From Phoronis australis (Eukaryota > Animalia > Phoronida): 64,000 nt of DNA. Below are positions 1-12,500 of this stretch, piece after piece. The number at the start of each line of letters is the position of its first letter. Position 1 is the stretch's first letter. Made by a program: the position numbers and the translations under genes. The stretch covers positions 140,873 through 204,872 of the forward strand of contig NMRA01000380.1 in assembly GCA_002633005.1 (NCBI GenBank), written 5' to 3'. The notes under the pieces are model-generated. The model worked only from the letters and a program-made list of their open reading frames with translations. It made no database searches and was not told the DNA's origin.

Positions 1-420
1 GAACACAGATAAGTTTCGATGATACTATTAATAAAAATAATAATTGAAAATCAGTACGCCAACTTCTTCATTTCAAGAAATAATCAAAGCAATGCCTTCT
101 GCTTCAAGAATGACAGCAACAACACCTGTGAAAATAACAAATTTTTGCCTTTGTTTTAATGAAGCATTTTGCATAACCAAGCCTCAAATGGCTAAACCAA
201 TCAGCGCCATCTTGAGGCCTGGGGACGAGGCGGGCGCTTCGCTTGTAATACAGGCGACGTCTCGCGTGTCCTTGTGTTTTGCGAGATTCTTGCGTCGACG
301 GGGTGCAGCACAGATGTAAACAGATAAACTACCCCAACCTAGCTAATTTAAGACGTACTGATGACACATTACAGGCGTTTTGCCATCGAATATCGAACTA
401 TCGTCAAAGGCGTGACTTAC

Positions 421-572
421 CGGAGAATTCGGTGTACGTCTTGGCAACCATTTTAGCTTGGACGAACGGGCGACGCGGACAAGCACAAATAGGAGGGTGG
501 CAAACACCACTGCCAGAATGGGGGTAAGAATGAACGGAAGAGCGTCAACTGTCCTCACACTGTTTGGAACTA
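421..572 (-). CDS. Receptor exon 11, transmembrane (…ALPFILTPILAVVFATLLFVLVRVARSSKLKWLPRRTPNSP)
   Basis: Acceptor ttttcccattcactag (NAGNAG alternative start at 569), donor CCG|gtaagt; ~22 hydrophobic residues then R/K. Confidence 0.88.
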
Positions 573-3500
573 CTAGTGAATGGGAAAAGCAGTACAAATT
601 ATACGTTTTAGAGATTTCGATTTGACTGAAGCTAGTGTCAAGCCTGCTCCAGTATCTGCATGGTGCTTAACCTAAATTTGCCAAATAAGTCAGGCCGTGA
701 GGTTTTGAAACTCATTACCGGCCATTTTCACACTTGACTTGCAGCTGTCCATGGGAGGTCAAGTGATCACATGCGCGCAGCCCCCCCCCCGCCCATTTGG
801 CGAAGTGGGCAAAATCGTACACCTCAGAGAAACAAAAAGTCCAAGATGATTCGGGTCATTCGGTGTACATGTACATGTACGATTAGCCGCAATCCCTATC
901 GGGAAACGTCGGTGCCGAAAGGCTTATAGTGTGCTTTTAATGCTGCTACAAATCTGAGCATAGAACAGACGACTCCATCACCTTCACACAATCAAAAAGT
1001 CAGAAAATGGCTGAGCTGTGACGTAGTTATAGCATGGCAAACAAAAGAGAGTTCACTGCTCCGACCAACCGACGCCATGAGGCGAATAAATTCTTACAAG
1101 TATTGCCCCCTTTATCTGACTACTGACATAGGGAATGTCGAATTAGGCATTTTACTTTAATAAGATCAGTCACGTGATGGAATTTTATTTCCGTTGCCAG
1201 CAAGAACATAAAAACCATCTGCGACTAAAGAAAACATTCCAGGGCTTATTGGGGTTTGCCCACCCCAAAATTGCGAATTCGAAAATGGGGCAGCAGTTGG
1301 TAACGGACATAAAATCCTATCACAGTAATGAACGTTAGGGGGGGTTATAAGAGTAAAATGCCCGCTTTGATTTCGCGAAATACAGATTTAAAATAACCGC
1401 ACACTGAGCCTTATTTATAATGCTGAATGTCGCAGTTAAAATGAAACGTGTACCTGTCAACTGGGATGAGCCTTTAGAGTCCGACTGTTGAGTACTTAGA
1501 GTATTTTCGGGTATTCTGTCAGCAGGAACGTATAGATATTCTTTCGAACTCATCTTACCGCTGTTAGATACAGCTGCGAGGTCTAGCTCGTATTCACCCC
1601 CTGTTGCCTTTAAGCCGCTCATGACAAACCAGGTCTGGTACTTATTTAAACGAAAAGAACAAGTTATTCGTGTGAAGTAGTGTTGATTACAATGTTCCTA
1701 AAAGAGGCATCTCGCCCTGTTAATCAGGCTGAGAACGAAAATCAAACTACATCTATTACTGTAATAAAATCGTTCTCATAATATTCAATATTATGATCGG
1801 ATTCTATTTCATTTACCAACTCAAGTCGATCACTGAAGCACTGCGTGCAAGTGTCAATACAACTTTAGTGTTGGTCAACTCCAATGAATTCAGCAGAGTT
1901 TTCTTGAGTCGCTCGTAGTTTTGTTTTCTTGTTGGCAACAGAAATAGAATCCACGATAGAAACTATAACAACACCGATTTTATGAGAGTAAAAGATTCAA
2001 TTCAGTTTTCGTTTTTTAGCCAGCTACTGAAAGCGAATACAGTTTAACCGTGTACAGGCGGTGACGTTTTGTACAACGGATGCCATTGTAAAGGATTGGG
2101 CACAACTGTACATGTAAGTAAACTGGCCAGTTCTTGAAGACACAATTTCTTCAAAGATGAACCTCGCAGATACCTATTGAATGAATATTCGCGCACATTG
2201 TACCTACATCTACCAACAATGACAAGCAAGAATGCTTCGCTTCGTTTCAAACACGTGTACGAAAAAGGTTGGCCTTTTTTCTCACAGGTCTATCTATAGC
2301 TATCTGCGTATTGAAATCTATAGGAAAATTCAAGAGTCTCAACTTCATATAACTGCTTGTCTAACCTTGTCCATGGATATTGTACCGTGTCCATTATCAG
2401 AGGGCGTTTCGCCGAGTTTCAACCAACCGAGTATGTAATGCGATATTGTGTTCTCTTCGGAGAAGAATTCTGGTTCTCGCCAGGTTATGTTTACGCTGAA
2501 ATTCTCGCCGTTTGTCCATTTGTCGGTAACTGTGAAGTTCCGAGGCGGATCAGGGGCTGGAAAAATAGTGAGTGGATTTGGTACAACGCTGCTACTTTTG
2601 AAAAAGCAATGTTCAATATAACTTTACCTCACAAGTTACCAAAAGTTTTCATAGCCACATTTTGAAATACTCCGCCATTTTGCGGTCTTTACCCGATTGC
2701 ATGCGAATGGCGGAGTTCACTTGCATTTCAGCTGCCAATAACACGAATACCACAGCCCGATTCAAACACGCGTTTTCGCAACCACCGCAATTACATCGCC
2801 TTGCTATTAAAAAAGTTGCCTTTTCCAAAAAATGCTGAAATATCAAGTAAACTCTCCGCATCCACTCGTAGGCACTGACAAACCAACGCGGCACTGGTGG
2901 TTCAAAATACTACATGTACATCACACGTAATGGCTAGAAAGAAGTCAGCTGCTAACTACCTGCCTAACTTTACCTACGTATCAGTAATCTATGAGGGTCG
3001 ATCTTTGGGTGATCTAATCTCGAAAGCAAGTCTCATTTCGCTTTTGAAAATGGCCTCTCTGTCAATTTAAAGACAAAAGCAGATTCACGCTTTAACCTAT
3101 GTCTTTGGAAATACTGTAAACAAATGTATTTGACTAATACCACATGATGTGTAGTTGTGACCAGTTGTCTGTAGGCAAGTTGGCGTGGTGAACCTAAAGG
3201 ATGTGGTGTTGCTGTTTCTTTTCAGGGCTTTGTTCGTTGCCATTATTTTCACATCATACGTGCGGTCAAGTTCAAGACCAGGAATTAATAAGCGAGGTAG
3301 GAATTCCTGAAACGAAGGCGATGACAAAATAGTTATCATTCGTAGGCCCGCAGGACGGTCAAACTCATTTGGGGCGCATCTATATATAATTCGGCAAAGT
3401 TTGTTCTCCCTTTCAAATTCGTCATCTGTTTTCCGNCCCCCCCCCCCCATATCCATTCTAGTGACAGTACGTCTCTAAAGATAGACATTTCACACTACGG

Positions 3501-6500
3501 ATGTCTCCCATGACGACGCAGACAACAGCCCCATCCCTGGTTTGAAGAACATCGCATAAAGCTTACGGGGTGTAGTATGTGAAAGTTAAGTGTCATTCGG
3601 ATCAACCACCTGATATGATGTTCCAAATAAGCAAAATTTGGGCATTTGTAACTAGAGAGTTCGTTTTGACGTGTGTTTTTACTGCACGATAAGCGTTGCA
3701 AGCGAAATGATACTGTACTGCAAACTCGCCACTGAGCAGAGATCACCCGAGAATTTGCATAAGCTTAATATACAGTAGGTAATTAAAACGGATTTAATAT
3801 AGATAACTACTTTGTGAGAAGACGTTCAAGCACGATCAATGAAATTACAGTGTGCCAACACGCACGTGTCAATTCTTAAACGAGCTGTTGTTCGGAAGAG
3901 ACCTCTCTAACGAAGTGACAATGGACATTATTTTCATTAATTGTTAGCGTAATTCGCAATAACTTATTTAGTGACGCGACCGGGTGACTGTTGATTTCGG
4001 ATAAGATTGGAATTTACAGCTTAAAGTATTCTTAACAGTCCAGTCCAGTATGTTCGACTGACCCGCATATGCTGGATTAACTGGCAATAGTCATGTTTAC
4101 ATAATGAGTTTCCATGAAACAACTTGACCAAAGAGCAACTTAGCCATCCAATCCGAACAGCATGTTACAAATATGGCGCAAGCATGACTCGGTACCCGTA
4201 TGTATGAATACAGCAAGCGCAGATGGTAATTACCTCCGCCGCCTAGTCTGTACGTCTCGCTGGTTCCCTGCGTGCCGAGTCTGCACGCAAGTAGAAGGCA
4301 GTAACACGCTCTTTATCATTGCTTGATGTAACCTCTGCAGACATTGGTTAGCTGTACAACAAAGTAAGAAAATGGCGGACTACAAACCATTTTTAGCCGT
4401 GCCAAGTGTCGTAGCAGCAACTATTTCGTTTCTGCAGTAATGTTTAATAGCCACGTGCTTGAAGCACACGCATGTACAATAAACACGCCGTCATCTGATC
4501 GGTTTAACTAGTGTGTTATTCCTAGTGTGTTGGATACAGGACAGCAACGTAAACAAAAGTCACCGTCAGTCTTGCCAATTTGTTTGCGTAAAGTACTGCC
4601 TGTTGAGAAATCGACCAGCCAATCAGGAACGCCGTTGTAAAAAAATTTTCCGAGGAAAATTACGTGATATTTGTGTGGTGGCTACCACCTAGCGGCACGC
4701 AGGGAACAAGCGAGGTCTGTACGTTTGCGTCAACAGTAATAATCGTGGTGAGGCAAGTTACCCTTAAGCAAGTAACCCTACCTTGATAAGGTGGGGTAAA
4801 TTCTCACACCTGTATTAAATTGCCACAGCGCAAATGTCGTCCATTGTCCAAGCTACAACTCGTTCCATGAACATCTTGTTCAGGGGTAACCAGTTGCAGG
4901 GAATTGCAAAACCTCACTCACCTCGTAATGGGATACCCGATCTGTATCCATGACGCTGACTTGAAACGAACACGGTCCATCTTAAAAGTAAAAGGTGGCC
5001 TTTGTTTTCGACGATGAATTAACAATCCCATACATGTCTTTATTGGAAATGATAAGGTGGAGTATTTTGTTGGGAGTTGGGAATGGTGAATTGCAAAGTA
5101 AAAGGGGAATTTTTCAAAACTATACGCCATTCAGTGTTTCTCTGCCATTGCCGTATTTCTAAAGAGGTTGACTTTTGAAAAGTTGTGGGTGAAAATATTT
5201 GTTTTCAAATTTTTTATAACCTACTCGCCGGTAGAACGGTCCCTACAATAATGCGTAGCTTCTTATTTGGCTAAGTAGAACGCGCCAAGTCACTAGCAAG
5301 TAGTGCTGTAGTGGGGCGTAGGCGCACGTAGGCGCAGCCAACCACCTTTTGGTAGCGCCTACCCACCGTAAGTTATGTTCAGTGCTCAAGGTGATGCGAT
5401 GGGCTCTGGGCGCCTACTTATCTCTAATTTTACCACTACAGCACTGCTAGTAAGAGAGATATTATGTGAATTAAGGAGGCCGCAACTCGTGTTTTACATT
5501 CAAAAGGTGGTGTTTTTGGAAGTTCATACATAGTTCGAAGGGAATAACTACCTCGAGAGCGTCATTGGTCATTTGAAGTGGTAGGACATACATGTAAGTG
5601 GGCAGCTTCTCTTTTATGTAAGTGTGTCTCATCAATGGGGAATTTGACGATTTTCTTTAAATGATTCATACACGGGTCTAAAGGAATAGCTGTCTTGGAG
5701 CGAAATTCAGTTTTGTATATGGTAGTACAATGCAGTCGGCCTGGTACATGTTATTCCAGGCGTGCACAGGCCGATCGGTTGGGCATATTGTACTAATGGC
5801 CGGGGACCATTTTTGTCTTTTATAAATATATAGGAAAAACCGAGCTCAGGAGCTGGAGATCTGCCTCAAGGGTCAGGCAGTGTACCCCAGTGGGACTCGA
5901 ACCCACGACCTTGAGCAAAGGAAGCGACAATTATCTCACTAGGCCACACTGCCTCCTGATATTATAGTAAGGGTACATGTATTTATCGTTGTTGCCTTTA
6001 ACGCTATGCACTCTATCTGGCTGACTTGATGCCTGCGGAACTTAACCTGTGGCACGTAAACCATCTTGACTGACTCTAACAACAACCAAGGTACTGTTTG
6101 CCAGCATCTTGATTTAACGTCTAGCTATTGCTTAGACAAGAATAAGTCTCAGATCAACTGCAGCTCGGCTTCTTTATCCAGATGTAAGCTGACTGCGTCC
6201 TATTCGAACTTAGTTTTGATCACTACTGTAGTGTATTTAAGCAAAAGTCAGGGAATTTTTGCACCAAGGACATCATGCCCGCCGATACAGGACAATATAA
6301 AATAACTGGAATGCGCTTTTACCAGGAGGAACTTCCCAACCAATCACTGTCTCTACTCTGAGTGACGTCACCAGTTGAGATAACACATGTACGTTGCTTG
6401 GAGGCGGAAGTGAGTCAACTGAAACAAAATACAGTGTAGAGGAAAATATATTAGTATACTGTATAAGACGCGAAACTTTCCTAATTCAACTGAGCATTAT

Positions 6501-9500
6501 TTCCTATTCCTGTCATGCCATGCCTATTTCAACATATTGTTAATACGGCTTCAGTTAACTTGGTTTTGTCATTCACCACAAATAAATCTGTCGTTACAGA
6601 AAATATTTATTTCAAGACAATGACAATTCATCAGCTGGTGCTACTTAGGTATGTGTAGGAAATGAAAGAAATTTTTACTTCTGGTTAATATTGTCCATTC
6701 GGAAGCGTTCGACTCGGCCACAACGCCATCTTGTGAAATGACTGTGACTCCAAATTGCATAGACATTCCGTATCTAGACTTGAATGTAACGATTGGCTGA
6801 AATCTCTGAAACAGAATTGTGAACAACTTTCAGGTAAAGTGCGATTACAAATTAACCCGCATCTCGTTACACTCTTTAGCTAGACATCTCACTTCACTCT
6901 TTAGCTAGACATCTCAATTCACTCTTTAGCTAGACATCTCAATTCACTCTTTAGCTAGACATCTCAATTCACTCTTTAGCTAGACATCTCAATTCACTCT
7001 TTAGCTAGACATCTCACTTCACNTCTTTAGCTAGACATCTCACTTCACTCTTTAGCTAGTCTACTTCTTTGAAAGTACCTTCTCTACACACAAGGATTCC
7101 GCAAAAATACAAAATCAAATAAGCCTCTGCGAGATATCGCTATGCATTACAATTGAAGCATATGATCACACAACTTTTAAGTTAAAACTTTTGTCTCTAG
7201 TGCCGGTCTTGGGTCAACGGCAAGCAGACCATGGTACAGTTCAATAATGGTATAGGACCTCGCCAGGACCAAGCAAGAATTCTCGAGATATTGCAATGTA
7301 TTTTAAATAAGAACACGTGGTTTTGGCTAGATTTTTTGAGCAGCGAGACAGCTACTGAACTCTACCCAGGATTGTGCTGTTATATTCACAACCACTCGTT
7401 TCGAATATATGTAGTGAAAAATCGTGTATGTGGTAAAAAATCAAGTGCCTTCATAAACTTCGGCGGTTTTGTCGGGTCAAGTAGCTAGGACATCTGACTG
7501 GTCTGTAAGCCGAACGTCGTCAGCAAGAAGAAATCGTATGTCTCCGCCGACTGACACGGCCGTGAGTCAATCAAGTATACCCCATTTTCCTAGTTGAGCT
7601 CTGAGCAGCTATCCCAGGACAATTGAAATACATCATTTGCCATTTAACTACGATTCTGAATTACGACCTTAAACTTTTGTCATTATGTGGCGAGCTGTAT
7701 GCTACGGAGAACCTCGGTGATTGGACCCTCTGTCACATCAAAAATTCTCTAGACTAACTTCCTGGAGAAACTAAACTGGTTTAATTTGGAGAATAACACA
7801 GAAACCGATTTTTGTTGTGGTATAGGTATCCTGTTAACTTGAGTTCTCTGGGAAAGAGGAAACTGTCTATTATTAATCAAGAGATGGCCTCAACCAGCCC
7901 ACAGACAGGGTGTACTAGAAGTGATACTCGTAGTTTCTGACATTTCCAAATTATTATTAGGTTTGGATGATGACAGATTAAAGCTTGATTTACTGCCGAA
8001 GCTCTTGCTAATTTACAGGGTCTGAACTCAGTTTACTAGATCAGTCAATTGTCTTTCTGCATGCGTGACTGTGTCATTTGCAGGCGTTTTCTTTGTTAAC
8101 AATAACTACAAATTATATTTTGCGTGGTGATGATATTGTTCTCATGGTTCAAAAGGACACACGGAATAATGACTGGTATTGAGCTAAGCAGACTAGTCGG
8201 TCATTTACCTTAGTGAAATCGGTGTCTACTAATTAATTTTAATCTTCAAGAAGAGTGTCGCCAAAATTGCTTGCTTGACTCTTTTTTTATTTGGGGGAAA
8301 TTGCAGACTTGTTCAATTGTGTGAAGACATGACTATTGCTCTCACAGTAGCAGAATTGAAGCAAGAACACGTCATTCAGTTGTTGATAGGACAGGCTTTC
8401 TGTCAAAAAATAGTTCAATGCCTTGTTGTGCATTTAGAATGTATTCGTATGAAACACAGACTTGGAAGAACTAGTGATTAAATAAATTGTTCTAATTAAC
8501 TATTTCGTTTTCCAATTATGGCTCCTACGTTGTATCTGAATACAATACATTATGGCTCCTACGCTGTATCTGAATACAATGCATTATGACTCCTACACGG
8601 TATCTGAATACAATGCATTATGACTCCTACACGGTATCTGAATACAATGCATTATGACTCCTACACGGTATCTGAATACAATGCATTATGACTCTTACAC
8701 GGTATCTGAATATAATACATTATGGTCCTACACTGTACACTGTATCTGAATACAATACAGTATGGCTCCTACGCTGTATCTCAATACAATGCATTATGGT
8801 CCTACACTGTATCTGAATATAATACATTAGTTGCCTGATGCGCTGCGCTTGATAAACATGTTTACGTTCAATATTCATATACACGGGTTCGTGTCCGGAA
8901 AACATGTTAAGACCAAAATTTTGTTTAAGTTAAGATGGGAATTCTGACTTAATTAAGACCGATGAAGAAAGTTCACAAAAGGCAGTTTCATGAACACAAA
9001 GTCGATATTCGATACTCGGTCTTAACTTAGACCAAAAATTGTCGGTATTTGCCGTGGAAGCCCATGCAAACTACGCTTTCAGTACCTGTTCCTAGTTCAT
9101 AAAATCCCAATTGGGATTCACTCACAGCATTTTGGATGCTATTGGGTCTCGTTTACTTGAGAAGGCACTGGTATGGATTTGTTCCTTAACAGCTATGTCT
9201 GTCGTAAATTTCAGTCAACTAGACCAGACATCCAATCTATTCCGTTAAGCAGCCTAATTTTCTGCCTTAACGTAGATCGGTTTCCTTTTTAATTTTGTTT
9301 TTGAAGATCATGAAACCGAGCAAAGGCAGTTTGGTCTTAAGTTAGCTCGATTTCAGTCTAAAATAATACTTCAGCCGTTCTCTTCTTTTCACGTACTATT
9401 TTAAGCTATTTTACATGTACTGTACGTGCCACAAACAGCCGATGATAACGACAGCGCCTCGATCTCAATTAATTCTACCCCGGGGCCCAGGGAATTGGAT

Positions 9501-12500
9501 GGAAACTAACTTTGGAAATCGGCTACTTGATAACAAAAACACAATGGATTTTGTCCTTTTACAGCTTTGTTCAAAACGAATAAAGTCAAAATGTCTTATC
9601 CATACAATAACAATCCATATAGCTCGTTTTCGGCCCTTAATTAATTGTTTTACACTACCTTTATTACACTCACCTGACTGCAGGTATAGCGACAATGAAA
9701 ACAGGTTCAAAATAAAAAATTAATGCCGAAAATTTCTGAAAATCGGTCCACCCAAAAGTAAGCCTGTGAGCGCATTTTCGGTAACTGTTTGCATGTTTTG
9801 AAAATCTAACCGATTGTTCTGAAATAATTATGCAATATGTTTTGGTGTGTAACATTTTGTTTATTTTGTCATGACATTATATTTTGAAATCGCGATTTCA
9901 CTCAGATGACTATCATTTAACGAGATATGGGGTATTTCTATCGGTAACTAATAGTATTAGCCCAGTATAAAGATTAAAGCCAGTTTTAATTGCACAGTTT
10001 CCAAAAATAGGCCCCCGTTTCCAAAAATACGCCTGGGCGTTTTAAAAGGTCGTTTTCGAATATCCGCTCATCGGCTTCTTTTCAGAAATTCACGGTACCT
10101 GAATTTTGTAGATCATTTCTCACTTGAGATACTTGATATTTCCAAGTCCTTGAACGTTACTCACCGTGCCGAGATAAAACCAATCACCGGTTCTCCTGTG
10201 ATTAACTCTAAACGCTGGCAGAAATACAACTGGGATGTCTCGGCTGCATTGAGCATGCAGTCGAATAGAAATATCTGCTCGATTCATAGCCCGATTTACG
10301 CACAGCACTTCCGGCGTATCTACTGTACAGTTAACGTGCCGTAGAACATCAGATTCTACAAAACATTTGAACATTTTAAGTAGGCCTATCAATACAAGTT
10401 GAAACAACTGTCTACGGACAATACTCGGACACTACCACAACTCATAACACGTAAACGAAATATGTGGAGCAAGCATTCAGATAGATTTGATCATTAGCAT
10501 TGGGTCCATTACAAGTTTATGACTCTGACTGACTCTGGCTCTGACTCTAGGCATTGTCCATCCACTGCAGGATGTAGCCCTTCGACAATGCCTTCCAATT
10601 TGTTCTGTCTTACAAGTTTATACTCAGTGTCAAATCTCGGAACTCATATTCCTCTCAACGCAGACTTGAAACCTGACCAATCACGTGACATGGATCAAGT
10701 ACGCGTGAGTGTTATTGGTCAATTTCGGAGTCGAGTTTCGCGTCAGCAGACTTAATTTATACTAGCAACGGGCAATGTCCTTTGGTCAACCGTGGCACTT
10801 ACATGTACACTGTATATGCATGTACGTTATTAACTGAGGATAATGACAACAGAAAATAGTCTCTTAACACTGGAAGAAGAAACTGATAAATCTACTGTGC
10901 CCGGTTGCATGAAACAGTATTTTGGACTTGTGGAAACACCGATTGCCCTTTCTTGTATTGTTTTAGTTTCATTACTAAGTCAACTTTTGACTTCGCTACA
11001 AATCGAAAGAGTACTCTACGTTAAACTGTTAATATTGAATATACGTAGGGATCTTTTCATGCAACACCCCCAATTTAAGGACTGGGACCCTATTCATTTT
11101 CCATAAACTCTGGGCTCAGTCTTTATTTCTATTATTAGAAAATGTCATTAAACAAAAGGGAGCTAATAATAAAGTTGAAATGAAAGAAAAATATTGCATC
11201 TGTGACTCCATAAAGACACAAAACCGCAAAACGACTTAAGGATCTTAGTTGAGTCCCTATTTTGGACTGTTTCATGCAACTGACCTTGGAGGACTAAACA
11301 GAACCTGGTTCACACCTCGGACTGACATCATACGTGTTTTTTGAAAATTAAAATGGCGGCTACTCGGATTCATGTGAAAGTTTCAGGTACTATGTTTCAT
11401 GCAGTGATGATATTAGGAATTATTCCTAAAAATATCCCACTTTTGCATGGGAGTCTATTAAAATAAGATTTTCATAGATTTCATGAAAAACGAAAAACCC
11501 AGTTTAGCAAAAACGATATCATAATGACAATTTAGAATGTTGAAGATTTCATCTTGAACATTGATAGCAAAAGAAAGTTGGTCATGTTATCGATACCGTT
11601 CATTTGCGACCACTTTACCTTCCTTGTTTGCTAAATTTAGAAGAAAAAAACAATTCAAATTTTACAAGCTTTCTATTTTGGAAAATATAGATAATTCCTC
11701 GCTGACAGTTAAAATTTATAGTTGTGTTGATATTTGCCATTATTATCAATAAATGACGCCAAGGTCCTACACAGCATTACACTTTATGTGTAAGCGCTTT
11801 GGGTAGGCGTTTGAGTCCTACTGTATCTGAGTCAATGGTCGCAAGTTTGGTTTTAGTTGGGACTATCACATCTTATTCTTTTACTGGTAAGCGCTTCATT
11901 AAAGCCTATCTTCAATGATAACACAGTATTGTTAAGTGCCATAAATTGCCAAGTGTAATGAACTGTTAGACGTATTGGCTTGCTTTTGTCTACGTCACCG
12001 CGAGAATCACATTTTAATTCAAGCAGCTGCGAATATGACTTGCACGTAATGGCATTCTATTCAGACCCCTATTCAATACAACCTTTTGTTGTTTGTGCTG
12101 GGATCTCGCGGTGACGCAACATGGCACGAAAAGTCAGCTTCATTTATCATTTGACGGGCTTGTGATTGAATTTGCTTTTTCTTATTTTACTAAGGCTTTG
12201 CTGGGACTATCTGGTTAGCCTAATACAGCCAAAGTAACAAAATTTCGTTGAAGTTGGGCTTTAATGCAGTTTTTGAGCGTGTGTCTAGGTTCATTATTAA
12301 CTTTGATCAAGTTTACACGAACGTCAGTAAGGCAAGTTTTTTTCACATGCAAATGCCTACGACGATCTTGTTACAGCACATTTATATGTACGGCCTTTGA
12401 AAAACATACCATGAAACCTGCAAAAGCTGCGTAATTTTTCCAATATTAAAAAACTTACACGAATAGCTCATTCATGTTTTCGAAAGAAGTAGACCTGTCC

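Noticed and set aside
2044-2250. Extra receptor exon after the acceptor-like ttcaatag near 2175
   Set aside because: Exons 2366-2556 and 1454-1640 already join in phase to complete an FN3 domain; this stretch has no good donor and no FN3 character
5880-5953. Functional tRNA gene
   Set aside because: A and B boxes are present, but the acceptor and anticodon stems do not pair convincingly; better read as a SINE head
6870-7059. Regular 25-bp repeats as a CRISPR array
   Set aside because: Head-to-tail units without unique spacers, no cas genes, eukaryotic intron; a minisatellite
8517-8829. 34-bp repeats as a CRISPR array or coding repeat (ORF 8720..8905)
   Set aside because: No spacers; the ORF is a by-product of the minisatellite
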